The translations under genes were made by a program, and so were the position numbers. 64,000 nucleotides of DNA from Bilabrum cf. latius (lineage: Eukaryota): the NCBI GenBank assembly GCA_965178125.1, contig OZ237751.1:310001-374000 (forward strand), read 5' to 3'. Position 1 is the first letter of the stretch. Every line of letters starts with the position of its first letter. The notes under the pieces were generated by a model. It saw only the letters and a program-made list of their open reading frames with translations, ran no database searches and was not told the DNA's origin. This document shows, piece by piece, positions 12,601 to 25,600 of the stretch.

Positions 12601-14896
12601 ATCGCGGTCGCGGGTGTCTGAGCTGGAGGCAGAGCTGGTATCGCGTGAGAAGGCCGTGTCGGCGAGCCAGGATGCGGAGCGTGAGCTGCAGACGGAGCTT
12701 GCTGCTGCGAAGGAGGCCCATGAGAAGGCCGTGTCGGCGAGCCAGGATGCGGAGCGTGAGCTGCAGGCGGAGCTTGCTGCTGCGAAGGAGGCCCATGAGA
12801 AGGCCGTGTCGGCGAGCCAGGATGCGGAGCGTGAGCTGCAGACGGAGCTTGCTGCTGCGAAGGAGGCCCATGAGAAGGCCGTGTCGGCGAGCCAGGATGC
12901 GGAGCGTGAGCTGCAGGCGGAGCTTGCTGCTGCGAAGGAGGCCCATGAGAAGGCCGTGTCGGCGAGCCAGGATGCGGAGCGTGAGCTGCAGGCGGAGCTT
13001 GCTGCTGCGAAGGAGGCCCATGAGAAGGCAATTTCTGCAGAGGAGGTGGCTGTGCTGAAGCAGCGGGTTGCCGAGCTGGACTAGCATATAGAAGACAAGG
13101 AGGATATGAAGCTTCAACTGGAGCGACTGCAGGCTATTCACAGCAAGGCAAGCTAGCAAGCAGCAGAAGAATCAGGCTCCTTGAAGGCTCAGGTGGAATC
13201 GGCAGAAGAGCGGGCTGTCCTTGCAGAGAGAAACGCTGCTGTCCTCCATCAGCGGGTCGAGTCTGCCGAGGAAGGAGCTGCAATCCAGAGAGACGAGGCT
13301 AGTAAGACTGCCGCAGAGCTGCAGAAATGCAAGCAATAGTTGGCGCTCGCTGCAAGGAAGCACAGAGAGCTTGAGGAGGCGCTCTCGGCAGCAGAGGCAG
13401 ACAGGGATGCAGCAAGCCAGGAAGTTGAGGTAGCGCACAGTAAGGCGAAGATACTGTCAGACGAGCTGAACGAGCAGAAACGGTTGGCGCTGCAGTCTAG
13501 TGGGAAGGAAGATGCAGGGAGAAAGCAGGCTGGGATGCGCACCATGGCTCGCGCTATCCGCAGGGCTGCGATGGGACGCATGAGGGAAGCGTTCGGAGCT
13601 CTTCTACAGAACGCTGCGTCTGAGGCTAGCCTTGGAGAGAAGACGTACAAAAAGATGTATGAGGCAACCCTTGAGCAGATGGAGATGGCATCCCCGAAAC
13701 CAGCGAGGAAAACGGCGAGGCCGCGGGGCTCGAGCGGTACCCCGGGCGTGGCACTTCCTGCCGACTCTCGTGGTGAAGGCGTGCAGAAACGGCCGGCATT
13801 TTCTCCGCTTGCAATTGGCACGCGCAATGGTGGTACTGCCGGTGACGGCGACTCTCCGCAGCCAGGGGGTGGCCAGGGCGATAGCGAGCAGACAGAGGGG
13901 ACCAAGCCCGTCGCGCCATCTTCCCCAAAACCGTCCGCTGGACGAGGCTGGGGTATTTTTTCGATGTTCTCGCCCAAGTCACAGGCTAAGGACGGGCAGG
14001 ACCTCCCTGACCCGCCCGGTGGAAGCAGCCCGAGCCGGGTGGGGGCAGGCATTGCCGTTCCAGAGGAGGCGCTCAAGGCTCAGAGGCTGGCAGAGGAGGC
14101 CTTGGCCGAAGAGGCAAGGGTCCTTGCGTTGGCCAAGGAAGAAGCACAGCGGGACGGTGTTTCTTTCAGTGACGGAGAGGACAGCGATGGGAGCGATGGC
14201 GAGGGCGAGGGTTCACCAGCTGGAACTGAACAGTCTGCTTGGGTGGGCAGAGGCACTGGCGCTGGCGAAGCCGCCCCGTGGATCGGCGCCGGTCCCGCTG
14301 GTTCTGATTCCAGAGCCGTGGAGGCCGGTTTCTCTTCTTCGGACGAAGATGGAGATGAAGATGAAGACGACGAGAAGGAGGAGGAGAAGGGAGAGGGACA
14401 CGGAAGGGGGCGCGGTCCTGGCGCCGGTGCCACTCGTGGTGGCACCGGCGCTGCTTCCGCTCCAAACGGGAGCACCGCAGGTACACTAGCCGGCAGCTCA
14501 CAATCTATAGGGGCTGGAGCCATCGATGCCACTGAGGCGGCACCTGCACAGCCCGCAAGCAGAAGCAGCAGCCCTCAGGCTGGGCCATCGCCCTCCAATT
14601 CCCCTTCAAGTACTCCTCGGACTGCTGGAAGGCGCAGGCGGCGGCTTCGGGGCATGGCAAGGGCTCGCGGCAGCACTGCGGGTGGGTCAACTGACCCGCC
14701 TTTGACTGCTTTGGCTGAAAGCAATACATCTGGAAGCTCTGAGCGCAGGACGAGCGGTACCGCTGGTCACCCGCCGGGGATCGACATGGCGGCTCTGAGC
14801 AGTGATGCAGAGTTGGAGAGCATGAGACAGCAGCTGGCCCAGGGTCAGGCGAGCCTCGCAGAGTCAAGACGAAGACAAGAAGAGCACATGAGATGA
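3614..14896 (+). CDS. Giant single-exon coiled-coil protein (~3,760 aa) with internal 25/35-aa tandem repeats and a disordered acidic C-terminus
   Basis: Ten ORF-track fragments (3881, 4685, 5480, 6005, 7040, 7355, 8654, 9074, 9338, 13340) share one frame. I read the gaps and found only TAG (about 28), never TAA or TGA. ATG at 3614 (MSSFLD*IEST), TGA at 14894-14896. E/A/R/Q-rich heptad composition. Confidence 0.85.
9629..13033 (+). repeat. Coding composite tandem repeat: 30 x 75-bp unit (SASQDAERELQAELAAAKEAHEKAV) interspersed with 11 x 105-bp unit (AEGSSSTDELRRELDASRSRVSELEAEVASREKAV)
   Basis: 30x75 + 11x105 = 3405 bp, which equals the span. Units are near-identical at DNA level. Confidence 0.95.
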
Positions 14897-15461
14897 TTTC
14901 ATTGGGCACTGACTTGAAGGCTGTCTTAACATAGCTACATGCTGCCAGCCAGAGACGGCTGTCGGCTGCACTTCAGTGTATTACTACTAGTTTAGAGGAT
15001 TTTTTGTTGTGCCGATGCCACCCGAGGCTCTTGTGATCAAGGCAATCAATTGGAACGTTGTCTTCCTACTAGAACTATCCACACCACGTATCACCGGCGC
15101 ATCACCAATTCACCGCATGCCAACAAAGTAGCGTGTGCTTCTGAGCGAAAAACTCAATAGGCTAACACGAATCTCACCCGACTGACTCGTACAGGCATTC
15201 ATACAGAATCGCACCAGACAGCAGACCAATTGATCCAGTTTATAGACTAGAATCAAACACGTTTACGGATCGGCTTGCTAGGCTATTGGAGAAGCCAGTT
15301 TCATACAGCAGCGTGCTTCTCCGCGTACAAGCCCTACAGTAAGTGCTGTTGCACCATACCAGGCCGCTTGATTGCTTGAAGGCCCGCCTTCAACGGTGAA
15401 ACAGTGTATCAATTCACATCCGCACCGGAGCTTCGAGCGTATCTGAGTCAAAAGGGAGCCG

Positions 15462-16280
15462 ATGCGTCGAATCGGAGTGAAACGTGGACACGACGAAACG
15501 GCGTCACTGCTACGGATTCACAGCCTCGTGTCAGCCGCAACCGCATTGATGCCTCTTGAGGCGCACGATTGCAGCGTTGAATCGAGTCGAGCAAGTCCTG
15601 AGCAGCAGTAGCAAGCCCAGAGACAGCTTGCACCTGTCAGCAATGGCGAACCAAGCCGAAAGCACCGGAGAGTGGAGGAAGGAACGTACCATCCCATCCG
15701 ACAAGCAGACGCATCCACAGCTACCAGCAGATCGTGGACTGAGTCTACTCACAGCACCCCGGTGCATGCCGGAGTGGGCACATCGAGCAGCGCGCACTCC
15801 CCAGCGACGGTTGCTCTTGGCGCTGGGGCCCATCCCGTCAGGCTGCATCAAGCAGTTGGCATGGGGATCAGTGGGTCGTGGCAGTCTCCCCCTGGCGGGA
15901 CCAGCTTGGCCGCTGGTGTGTCTTCTTCGCACACCGCCTCGGAGTCGCAGGCAACCGAGTCGGCCGCTCGTGTGGCCAGCACCAGCAGCCGGGCTGGAGA
16001 TTCGCGAGGTGTCCAAGACGCGAAGAGGTCTCCAGCCAGACCGAGCGCGACGAACAAGATCGGAGCATACGAGCCCGGCAGTCGGTCCTCCGGGAGAAGG
16101 CGAGCATCATCGGCTCGGGCTCGAGCACCATACTCAGACGCTGGTGGCGCATCGCGCAGGCCGACGAAGAGCCCATCACGAGGACCTGCCATGAGCTCAT
16201 CGGCTTCGTCCCCACTGATGGCTGCATATGCTGTGGCCTCTGGGGCAGTAGATTCGGCCAGGCCAAGAACAGCTGCGGGA

Positions 16281-16364
<84 letters not shown>

Positions 16365-17264
16365 TCATCCAAGGCGATGCGACAAGGCAGGCGCAAGCAC
16401 ATCACGGGGGCCGCTGCAGGCACCATTCCCGTGAATCCCACAGCCAAAGTGCACACATGCACGGTGTGCGGCGCCGGCTTTGCCAGAGTCGGTCTGCTCC
16501 GCCGACACGCCCACGAGCGGCACACCAGCGACGGCAAGCTGGATCAGGCCCTGGCGCAGTGTGACGAGCTGGCAGCCAGGGTTGCACTGACGCAGATGGC
16601 CGAGAAGCCCTTCCGCTGCTTCCAGTGCAACAAGCGATTCAGCAACGCGGTGTCGCTGGCGAAGCACACGAAGTCCCAGCATGAGGTGAAACGGAAGCAC
16701 CAGTGCCCTCATTGCCCACAAGCCTTCGCCGACTCCGGCACCCTGCGCACCCACGTGGCTGCAGTGCACGAGAACCAGCGCCCGTTCCAGTGCAAGACGT
16801 GCGGCAAGTGCTTTACGCAGTAGAGCAACCTGAACAAGCACGTGTCGGTGATTCACCTGAAGGAGAGGAAGTTTGTCTGCACCATCTGTGGTCACGCTTC
16901 CCAGACGGCCGAGCACCTGAGGAAGCACGTGTCGACGGTGCATTTGGATGAGCGGCCCTTTGCATGCGAGGAGTGCCCGAAGCGCTTCAACTCGGCCTAC
17001 CAGCTGCGGCGACACGTGTCCTCGGTGCACCGAGGAGAGAGGCCGCACGAGTGCCCTGGATGCCATCGGCGTTTCTGCTAGCGCTAGAGCCTGCGGAACC
17101 ACAAGTGCGCAGCTGCTACGAAGCAGGCCAAGCCAAGCGCGCAGGCAGCTGCAGCCATGAGCAAAGCCGTGTATGAGTGCGAGTTGTGCGGCAAGGTGCT
17201 CCTGAGTCAGGGTTGGATGTCGCGTCACATGCGGGCTGTGCATCCGGGGCAAGGCGTTGGCTGA
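15462..17264 (+). CDS. C2H2 zinc-finger protein, paralog 1 (~600 aa, about 8 fingers, poly-Ser tract)
   Basis: Fingers CTVC, CFQC, CPHC, CKTC, CTIC, CEEC, CPGC, CELC with EKPF/QRPF/ERPF linkers. In-frame TAG at 15609, 16821 (inside F-x5-L of a finger), 17079 and 17085. Starts MRRIGVKR, ends at TGA 17262-17264. Confidence 0.9.
16284..16364 (+). repeat. (AGC)27 coding microsatellite (poly-Ser)
   Basis: Direct count. The paralog has (AGC)12 at 18616-18651. Confidence 0.95.
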
Positions 17265-17757
17265 ACACATTAATCGGCCATGAACCCAGCAGTTGAATAA
17301 TTACTTGTGAACCTGTTCATCTCTGAAAGAACCGTAATGACCCACAATCTGGTCGGCCTCGACATTTCTTCTAGTTGCTTGCGACCGCCGGCGCGCGGTT
17401 GTCTCTGCCAGTGGTGTGCACCATTGGCTTGTTTCAAGTTGTGGTGTGTACTTATGCGCCACACCCGACCGAATCTCACCCTACGATTCCTATATCAACA
17501 CCCGACTGTGCAAGACAAGAGCTGCTTTGTTTAATTCTTTTTCTTCAATTGTAAGTGCATCACATTTCGATTGCGTGGCTGCAGTTGCAGCAGTCTGAAA
17601 TTGATTGAGGGACCACGTAACGGAATTCGATTCTGAATACCGCGATTAACTTTAGTTCAAGCCGATACTTTGATTAAGTCTAGTAATCGGGTTATTAACT
17701 ACAACACTGTATTTGGCTGGATACCAGGATCTGCGCGCGAGTAATCTTCAAGAGGTT

Positions 17758-18612
17758 ATGCATCGAGCTGGAGTGAAACGCCGACGTGCTCAGGAATTCT
17801 AGTCAGAATAGCCAGAGGATGCAGTTGGTGGCTCTAAAGCAAAACCTGTATCTGATATCTATAGTCTGGCATCTGCTGCGGCCGCGTTATCCCCTGCTGC
17901 GGAGCAATAGAGCAGCACGTCGTCTGGAAAAGGATTGATCGACCGGCATTGGCCACAACAACGATCGAGCAGCAATGGCGAACCAAGCCGAAAGCACCGG
18001 AGAGTGGAGGAAGGAACGTACCATCCCATCCGACAAGCAGACGCATCCACAGCTACCAGCGCATCGCGGACTGAGTCTACTCACAGCACCCCGGTGCATG
18101 CCGGAGTGGGCACATCGAGCAGCGCGCACTCCCCAGCGATGCTTGCTCTTGGCGCTGGGGCCCATCCCGTCAGGCTGCATCAAGCAGTTGGCATGGGGAT
18201 CAGTGGGTCGTGGCAGTCTCCCCCTGGCGGGACCAGCTTGGCCGCTGGTGCGTCTTCTTCGCACACCGCCTCGGAGTCGCAGGCAACCGAGTCGGCCACT
18301 CGTGTGGCCAGCACCAGCAGCCGGGCTGGAGATTCGCGAGGTGTCCAAGACGCGAAGAGGTCTCCAGCCAGACCGAGCGCGACGAACAAGATCGGAGCAT
18401 ACGAGCCCGGCAGTCGGTCCTCCGGGAGAAGGCGAGCATCATCGGCTCGGGCTCGAGCACCGTACTCAGACGCTGGTGGCACATACCGCAGACCGACGAA
18501 GAGCCCATCACGAGGACCTGCCATGAGCTCATCGGCTTCGTCCCCACTGATGGCTGCATATGCTGTGGCCTCTGGGGCAGTAGATTCGGCCAGGCCAAGA
18601 ACAGCTGCGGGA

Positions 18613-18651
<39 letters not shown>

Positions 18652-19551
18652 TCATCCAAGGCGATGCGACAAGGCAGGCGCAAGCACATCACGGGGGCCG
18701 CTGCAGGCACCATTCCCGTGAATCCCACAGCCAAAGTGCACACATGCACGGTGTGCGGCGCCGGCTTTGCCAGAGTCGGTCTGCTCCGCCGACACGCCCA
18801 CGAGCGGCACACCAGCGACGGCAAGCTGGATCAGGCCCTGGCGCAGTGTGACGAGCTGGCAGCCAGGGTTGCACTGACGCAGATGGCCGAGAAGCCCTTC
18901 CGCTGCTTCCAGTGCAACAAGCGATTCAGCAACGCGGTGTCGCTGGCGAAGCACACGAAGTCCCAGCATGAGGTGAAACGGAAGCACCAGTGCCCTCATT
19001 GCCCACAAGCCTTCGCCGACTCCGGCACCCTGCGCACCCACGTGGCTGCAGTGCACGAGAACCAGCGCCCGTTCCAGTGCAAGACGTGCGGCAAGTGCTT
19101 TACGCAGTAGAGCAACCTGAACAAGCACGTGTCGGTGATTCACCTGAAGGAGAGGAAGTTTGTCTGCACCATCTGTGGTCACGCTTCCCAGACGGCCGAG
19201 CACCTGAGGAAGCACGTGTCGACGGTGCATTTGGATGAGCGGCCCTTTGCATGCGAGGAGTGCCCGAAGCGCTTCAACTCGGCCTACCAGCTGCGGCGAC
19301 ACGTGTCCTCGGTGCACCGAGGAGAGAGGCCGCACGAGTGCCCTGGATGCCATCGGCGTTTCAGCCAGCGCTAGAGCCTGCGGAACCACAAGTGCGCAGC
19401 TGCTACGAAGCAGGCCAAGCCAAGCGCGCAGGCAGCTGCAGCCATGAGCAAAGCCGTGTATGAGTGCGAGTTGTGTGGCAAGGTGCTCCTGAGTCAGGGT
19501 TGGATGTCGCGTCACATGCGGGCTGTGCATCCGGGGCAAGGCGTTGGCTGA
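17758..19551 (+). CDS. C2H2 zinc-finger protein, paralog 2 (~597 aa), tandem duplicate
   Basis: Near-identical to paralog 1 from ~17971 onward. The start MHRAGVKR matches MRRIGVKR and is in frame only through TAG at 17800, 17809 and 17908. Further TAG at 19108 and 19372. Ends at TGA 19549-19551. Confidence 0.9.
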
Positions 19552-19645
19552 TTGTAGTTTTATTTCTATGCATGATGCAAGTTGTGTTCTAGAACAGGAC
19601 AGATCAATTAGCCGTTACTATGTTCTCTAAAACCTTTTAATCCAT

Positions 19646-22600
19646 TCACTCTTGTCCCTGCAGGAGAAGCGCGAGACCTCGTCTGACCCACTTGGACGGC
19701 CTGCCCTCACAAGGCAGGGCAACGGCTACCACAAAGTTCACAGAGCGACCCGTTGACGTCAGCGCACCTCGTCGCGCGCTGGTCACGTAGACGGGACATA
19801 GGTAGGTGCCCTGTATCAACGGAACGCCCCTGTGATGGCCTGCGCTGCTCCTCCCGTCGGCAGAGGAAGATGCGAGATCTCCGCTTGCTTCTGCGTCTAG
19901 ACCGACCGCATCGTCGTGAATGTCGCTTGTCGCGTCATCTTGGCCACCTTCCTCATCATCAGAATCCGCTGGCATGTACTTGTAGTCGCCACCCATTGCA
20001 TCCTGCACATCTTCCTCATGCTCCTTGTCTTTGTCAGCAGCCAGCTGTTGGCTTGCCTGGGACTCGAGGGCGCTCGACATCACCGATCGCAGGGAGCTGA
20101 ACATCCCACCGCGCTGCCGGGAAGATGACCCACCCACCGAGCCGAACGCGGCAGCCCTCGCCTGTTCGGGTCCTGATGTACCTGCCCCAGTTGTCGCCTT
20201 GCCTCCCGCGGCTGCCATCACAACGTCTGCTAGCCCGCCCTTACTCTTGCCTGTGGCATTGCTGTCGAGGCTTTGCCGCCTAGCCATGGCCAAAGAAGCA
20301 CGCTTAGCTCGATCTAGCAGACTCTTTCGTCTCGCCCTGATTGCCGCCGTCGCGCGCTTGCTGGCTTCCGAAGTGAGAGATGGCTTGAGCCACAGCACCG
20401 GACACTCACCTCGCAGCTGTCCCGGGGCGCAGTCCGAAACGCAGCCAGACTGCTTGCTAAATCGGGCACCATCCAGAACCAGCCCGCCGACCAGGATCCC
20501 AGTAGCTGGCGCATCGTAGTACGCACCATAACCCCCGTCCATACTCCCGGCGCCAGAAACGCCCGTGCCTCCCCGAGCCACGAAGGTACGCCCGCCGCGT
20601 GGAGGCCGTCCGAGAGGAGGCCTCCCGCCCCCGAAACCCCCCGAGCTGCTGGCACCACCAGTAGTGGAAGCAACGGACGCGGACGCTCCAGGCTTGCCCT
20701 TGGGACTTGGTGGCACGGGCGACTGGCCCGGCCTGTCGCCATGCGCCGCTGCGGCGTCAGCTTCTTCCAGCAACTTTGAGAGGGTCCGCGACGAGCCACC
20801 GAAGCTGCCCTATCGCGGCGGTCCCGGCGGCCTGGGCATGGGACCTGCATGTGAGGCAGCGACAGAGGCTGTTCCAAGTGCAGTGGACTGCCCCTGGCTG
20901 CTGGTTCGCGAGCCGCGCCTGTCCCGTGGACCTCCCCTGGCCTCCACTGGCATCCTCAGGGCACCGTCAGACAGCGCGCTGTCAGATACGTGGGGCATAA
21001 CCTGGGCAGTAATGACGAGTGCATCCACGGGCACCCGGAACCTCCTGGCATGTCTCTGCAGCACTGCGGCCAGGAACCCCTGAGGGGAGAAGAGGCCACC
21101 GAGCCACCAGATAGCAGGCGGGCCGTGCTGCACCCACAGGTGCAAGAATGCAACTCGCCTAGCCAAGTCCTCCACAAAGCTGCGCAGAGGCAGCTCTGTC
21201 GGATAGCTCACTCGCTTCCAGCTGGTTGGCACTACGGCACCAGCCATGGCGGCTGCATCGCTTTCTGCAGCCTAGGTTAGGGCATGCTCGCCCGAGAGAC
21301 CGCCACGCAGGCCTCTGAGCTTAGATCCAACGACTGTCAGCAATCGGTTGATGCGCTCAATCTCCATGTGCAGCGCCACGTTGAGGCTGTGGTCGCTGCC
21401 GTTGCGAGAATCCAGCGCCTCCTTGAACGAAGCAACTGAATTCTAGCCCTCGTCGTTGGTGCGAGACCTCGTCGCCGTGTTCGCATGAGAGTGCAGAGTT
21501 CCGTGGGATGCTGCGTGGCTATTGCCTCGTTGGCGCTACTTGGGTCCTCCGGCCGTCCCGCCGGCTGCGGAGCTGCTAGCGGCAACTGGGGGGCGCATTG
21601 ACCGTGCCCAACGGACGTTAATCGGTCGCGGAACAGCATTTAGCGTGTCGTCCACGAGCTGAAGCATGTCACCAGTGTCCATGCCGGCGATGGCAGCAAC
21701 ATCCGCCGCTGACGGTGCTTCATTCTCCTTCCGTTCCTCGTCTTCCCTTCCGGGACCGCTCCCATCCGACCGGCCCTCATCAACAGCGCTGGCCATGCTC
21801 GATGCAATCTTCACGGCGCGCTGCTGCTCTCCAAGCCCCATGCCGTACACCGTATCCAGTGCCCGCAAGGCCTCGGCTCTATCCCTGGCAATACCAGCAG
21901 AATGGTCCAGCCCGGCTGCCTACGGAAGGGACGACGATGACATCCTGGCAATCTTGGCCAGCACCTCATCCTTCTCCGCGTGTCCTCGGGGCAGCACCTC
22001 GAACCAGTCCGAGGGCCTTTCCGTTTCTTCATCGGAAGCATGCCTCGTATCCGTTCTGGCATCAGCTCGCCGGGCGACACGACCGAGCCTGAACATTGGA
22101 GAATGCACAGCTGGGGTAACGTACGATCGCAGAAGCACTCGCAGTGCCCTCCGGTCGAAATCATCCGTCACCCGCCCACCGTGGTGACACTCCCCCAACA
22201 AATAAGAAAGCACTCGGTACTAAAAGTCCTCTTGCGGGTCAGCTGCAGGCACTTGAGCTGCCTCTTCGGCGAGCGATCGCACCTGCAGTAGCGCAGCGCT
22301 AAGGTCGGGGGTCCCAAACGCGTAAGGTGCTACAAACCCTCGGCTACCAAAAGTAGTCCGGAGCCGGAGGGCCGCATGGAACGCGCACACGGCATATACC
22401 ATCCGCCGGTAGCTTGCGAGCCATCCCATGCCGTAGGTCGATTCTTCGCCTGCCTGCGTCCCATCCGCAGTCGAGCCGTCTTGGCTTCCTGCAGCAGCTT
22501 CCTGCTCATCCCCGGGCAGGCGTGAGTGCGCCTAGTCTTCCGATGGAGGCCACAGACCGGCCCTTTCGTCGATATTGGCTAGGATGGTCGGCGTGTACAT

Positions 22601-25600
22601 CTCATCCGAGGAAGCCGCGCCGTTCGTGAATGCGTCTTCGAGCGTTCCGCGCAGCCCCACGGGCGGATCCAAAGAAATCTTGACGCATTCATGCAGCAGA
22701 GCAACGGGCATGCCACCCGCCGACGTGCCCGAATCCGGCCGGCTAGCTGAGGTTGAGGCGCTACTCGCCTGTACTGTTAGCAGCAGACGGAACTTCTGGT
22801 TGATCTTGGCAGGCAGAAGTGAGGCGCCGCCGCTGATCTCGTCTGCCGCAGTTGAGGGTCTCAGCTCTTGGTGCTCCCCAGTGGGCGAGCTGAAGCCGTC
22901 GGGGCTGTCGGCGTCTTCGTTGCCCGCATCTCCTCCGGCCGCCCTGCGTCCCTCTGCGCCGAACGGCTCGTCCGTACGAGCGGTCAGGCTCCGGCTGTTT
23001 AGGGTGCGCACGATGTCAGCGACAGTTTTCATGTACGAGCCGTACAGGTGGCAGTTCTCCAGGACGACCCAGCGACCCTCGGCAGCCGCTTGTGCGATGG
23101 CCATTGAGGCCACGGCCGCCCTGCCGTGCCCAAGGGATACGGTTGACACGTGCGCCCTGTTCTTGTGGGCAAGGGCGCGCAGCTGAGGGATTGGATCAGC
23201 TCCTTGCGCCAGTGTGATGAGCACTGGGTGCTTCGGGGACGATTCCGAGAGCGCGTCTGCGAGACTTGGTGCCTTTTGTCTGCCTAGCTGCTCGGAGACG
23301 TGCCTTGCCACAAAGGAGTTGAGGCCAGCTACGAGGGAGTGAGGGGCTAGCGACCGGGCCACGCACAGTCTGCCGATGTCACCGAGCTCTGTCAGGCCAG
23401 GTGGTAGCTGGGCTGACAGGGGGTCTCGGCTGCGCATGAACGACATCCAGGCCATGCGGTTCTGGCTCATGTGCTGCGGCAGCCACACGAGTGGGAGCAG
23501 ATCGGCAGCATGCGCAGGAAGCGAGCCCCCGGACATGCCAATCCCAGATGCGAGACCAGTGGCGCTCCCTGTCTCGTACCTCTTCAGTATCTCCAGAACG
23601 CTTCTGGCGGCTGCAGCGGAGCAGTCAATAGCGGCATTCCATTGCTAAGCCGTCAGCCACTCGGGTCTGTGCGCCGCTGGCGGGGGCAAAGAAGTCTACT
23701 AGCCGCTCGGGTCCGAGCTAGGAGGCGCATCTAGAGTTCTAACCTTGGGCTGAGCAGAAGATAAGGACCCCTAGTCGTCTTGCTTGCTCGAGGTAGCTTC
23801 TTGGCCCTACCGGCTGACTGCATCCTTTTGTCCCACTGAGGGAATCTCGGCCGATCGCACCTGCATAGCCGCCTGTAGGAACGCCACAGCAGAAACCGTA
23901 GCAGACGTGTGGCCCCCTAGATCCTTGGAAGCAATCTACTCCAGGGCAGCTGGGGCACCCGGGGGAGGTGCGCCGGACAGCAGGAAAGACAGGATAGAGT
24001 CTGGAACCATGAGGCTGTCCCGCAGGTGCACAAGCCGGAGGGACAGAAGGAAGGTGAACGACAAGCGGTCGGATTGCGGGAGAGCTCGCGTGACGATTTC
24101 GTTCACCGACTCGATCGCAATGTCGCTCGCCTCACTGAGCCGGCCCCGCAGGGTACCGTCCGGGTCGATCGCTTCCTGAGCGGTCTCCCTGTCAAAGTCG
24201 ATCTCGCGCTCGGCGTCATCGTGGGCGGGTCCCGCATGCTCCCTGGCGTACTCCTCCTCGCTATCATACTCTTCCCCGTCGCCGTCGCTGGCGCTCCCAG
24301 CAGACCGTCCTCGGGCCAGCCGGCGAGCCTGCTTCTCTGCCTCCTCTCGGATTTTCTTCTACTTGGACTCTTTCTCTCGCGTCACCTTTAGTGCCTCCAG
24401 CAGGCGACCCTCCAGCCACTGCAGCGGCCACTGGCAGAATGGCAGCCGACGTCCTACGTCAGACACCGAGAAAAACAACGAGGCACCCACTCGCGCCACG
24501 GGTGAGTACACCTCGCGGGCGGTGTCGATGCGCTCCTCGGTCACCACAGCCGCCTTCTGCTTCTCCATGACCTCATCAGCGAGCCCCTTGGACTCAGTAA
24601 GCGCGTCGACCGCCTTGGAGTTGTCCAGGAGCGCACCTTGGTCGTCTCCACTCAGCAAACCAAGGATCCGGTCCTCAATAGCGCGAAGCTTGGCACGGTT
24701 CGCCGCGGATTCCATCACAATCCGCTGTTTGGCACGATCCAGGTTCGGCCTGTCTGCGCGTACCACCGCTGAAAGCAGCTAGTCCCTGAGACCATCCCAG
24801 GTGACGCTGAACTCTACCACTGTGACCAGTGTCTGCGTCTCTGCCGACAACCGCAGAGCTGATGACGACGACTTGGTCAAGAGGTAGAGGCGGAATCCCT
24901 TGGCGTAGTCGATGGTGCTGCCACCGACCTGGACGGTGTGCCTGCCACCCTGGCTGCGCACGTTGTGTCGAAGCAAGGGCTCCAGCCATGCCGGCAAGTC
25001 GACCTCCTTACGGCCTGTGTCCTTAATTCTGACTGCACTGGAGGACCTGTTGTGGCTGCCTCCATCCATCGCTACAGCTTGCCCCACGCCCTCCAACAGT
25101 ATCGGCATGCCCAGCTGCACTGCCGTTTCCACCCGACGGACGGCATCCCTTGCGTTGATATCAACGATGATGGGTTCTCGGCTATCTCCCCTCTCCATTG
25201 ACATGATCCACTTGCGAGCCTGGTTCTAAGGATCTACAAGCAGGGGCCAGCGCCGAGCATTGGTGGTGATCAGTGCACTCTCAATCGAGGTGGGGTCCGG
25301 CGGCAAACCTGCGATGGTCCACTGCTGCAACTGCACCGGGTCGCCGAGCACCCGCTCTAGCACACCCGATGCCCGTGACCCTGAGCTCGAGCCATCACCG
25401 CCACCAGTCACGCCCGGCACCGAGATTCCCACTCCGGACTGCAGCACTTGGTCAAACCAACTCTAGATCGTGCGAGACCGCACCTCGCCCGGAAACGGGC
25501 CCATGTAGGCGATAGTCGCAGCAGATACCAGCACATCGCCGACGTAGTGCCTTAGCTTCTTGTCAAGAGATCGTGCCTCCTCAACCCACCTCTGAGCCTC

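Noticed and set aside
9629-13033. CRISPR-like array
   Set aside because: No unique spacers or cas genes; it is an in-frame coding repeat in a eukaryote.
9382-13159. Long alternative-frame and antisense ORFs (942-1184 aa) over the coding repeat
   Set aside because: Shadows of a stop-poor tandem repeat whose unit lengths are multiples of 3.
15878-16564. Poly-Gln, poly-Cys and poly-Leu ORFs over the AGC tract
   Set aside because: Alternative frames; the frame continuous with the zinc fingers reads poly-Ser.
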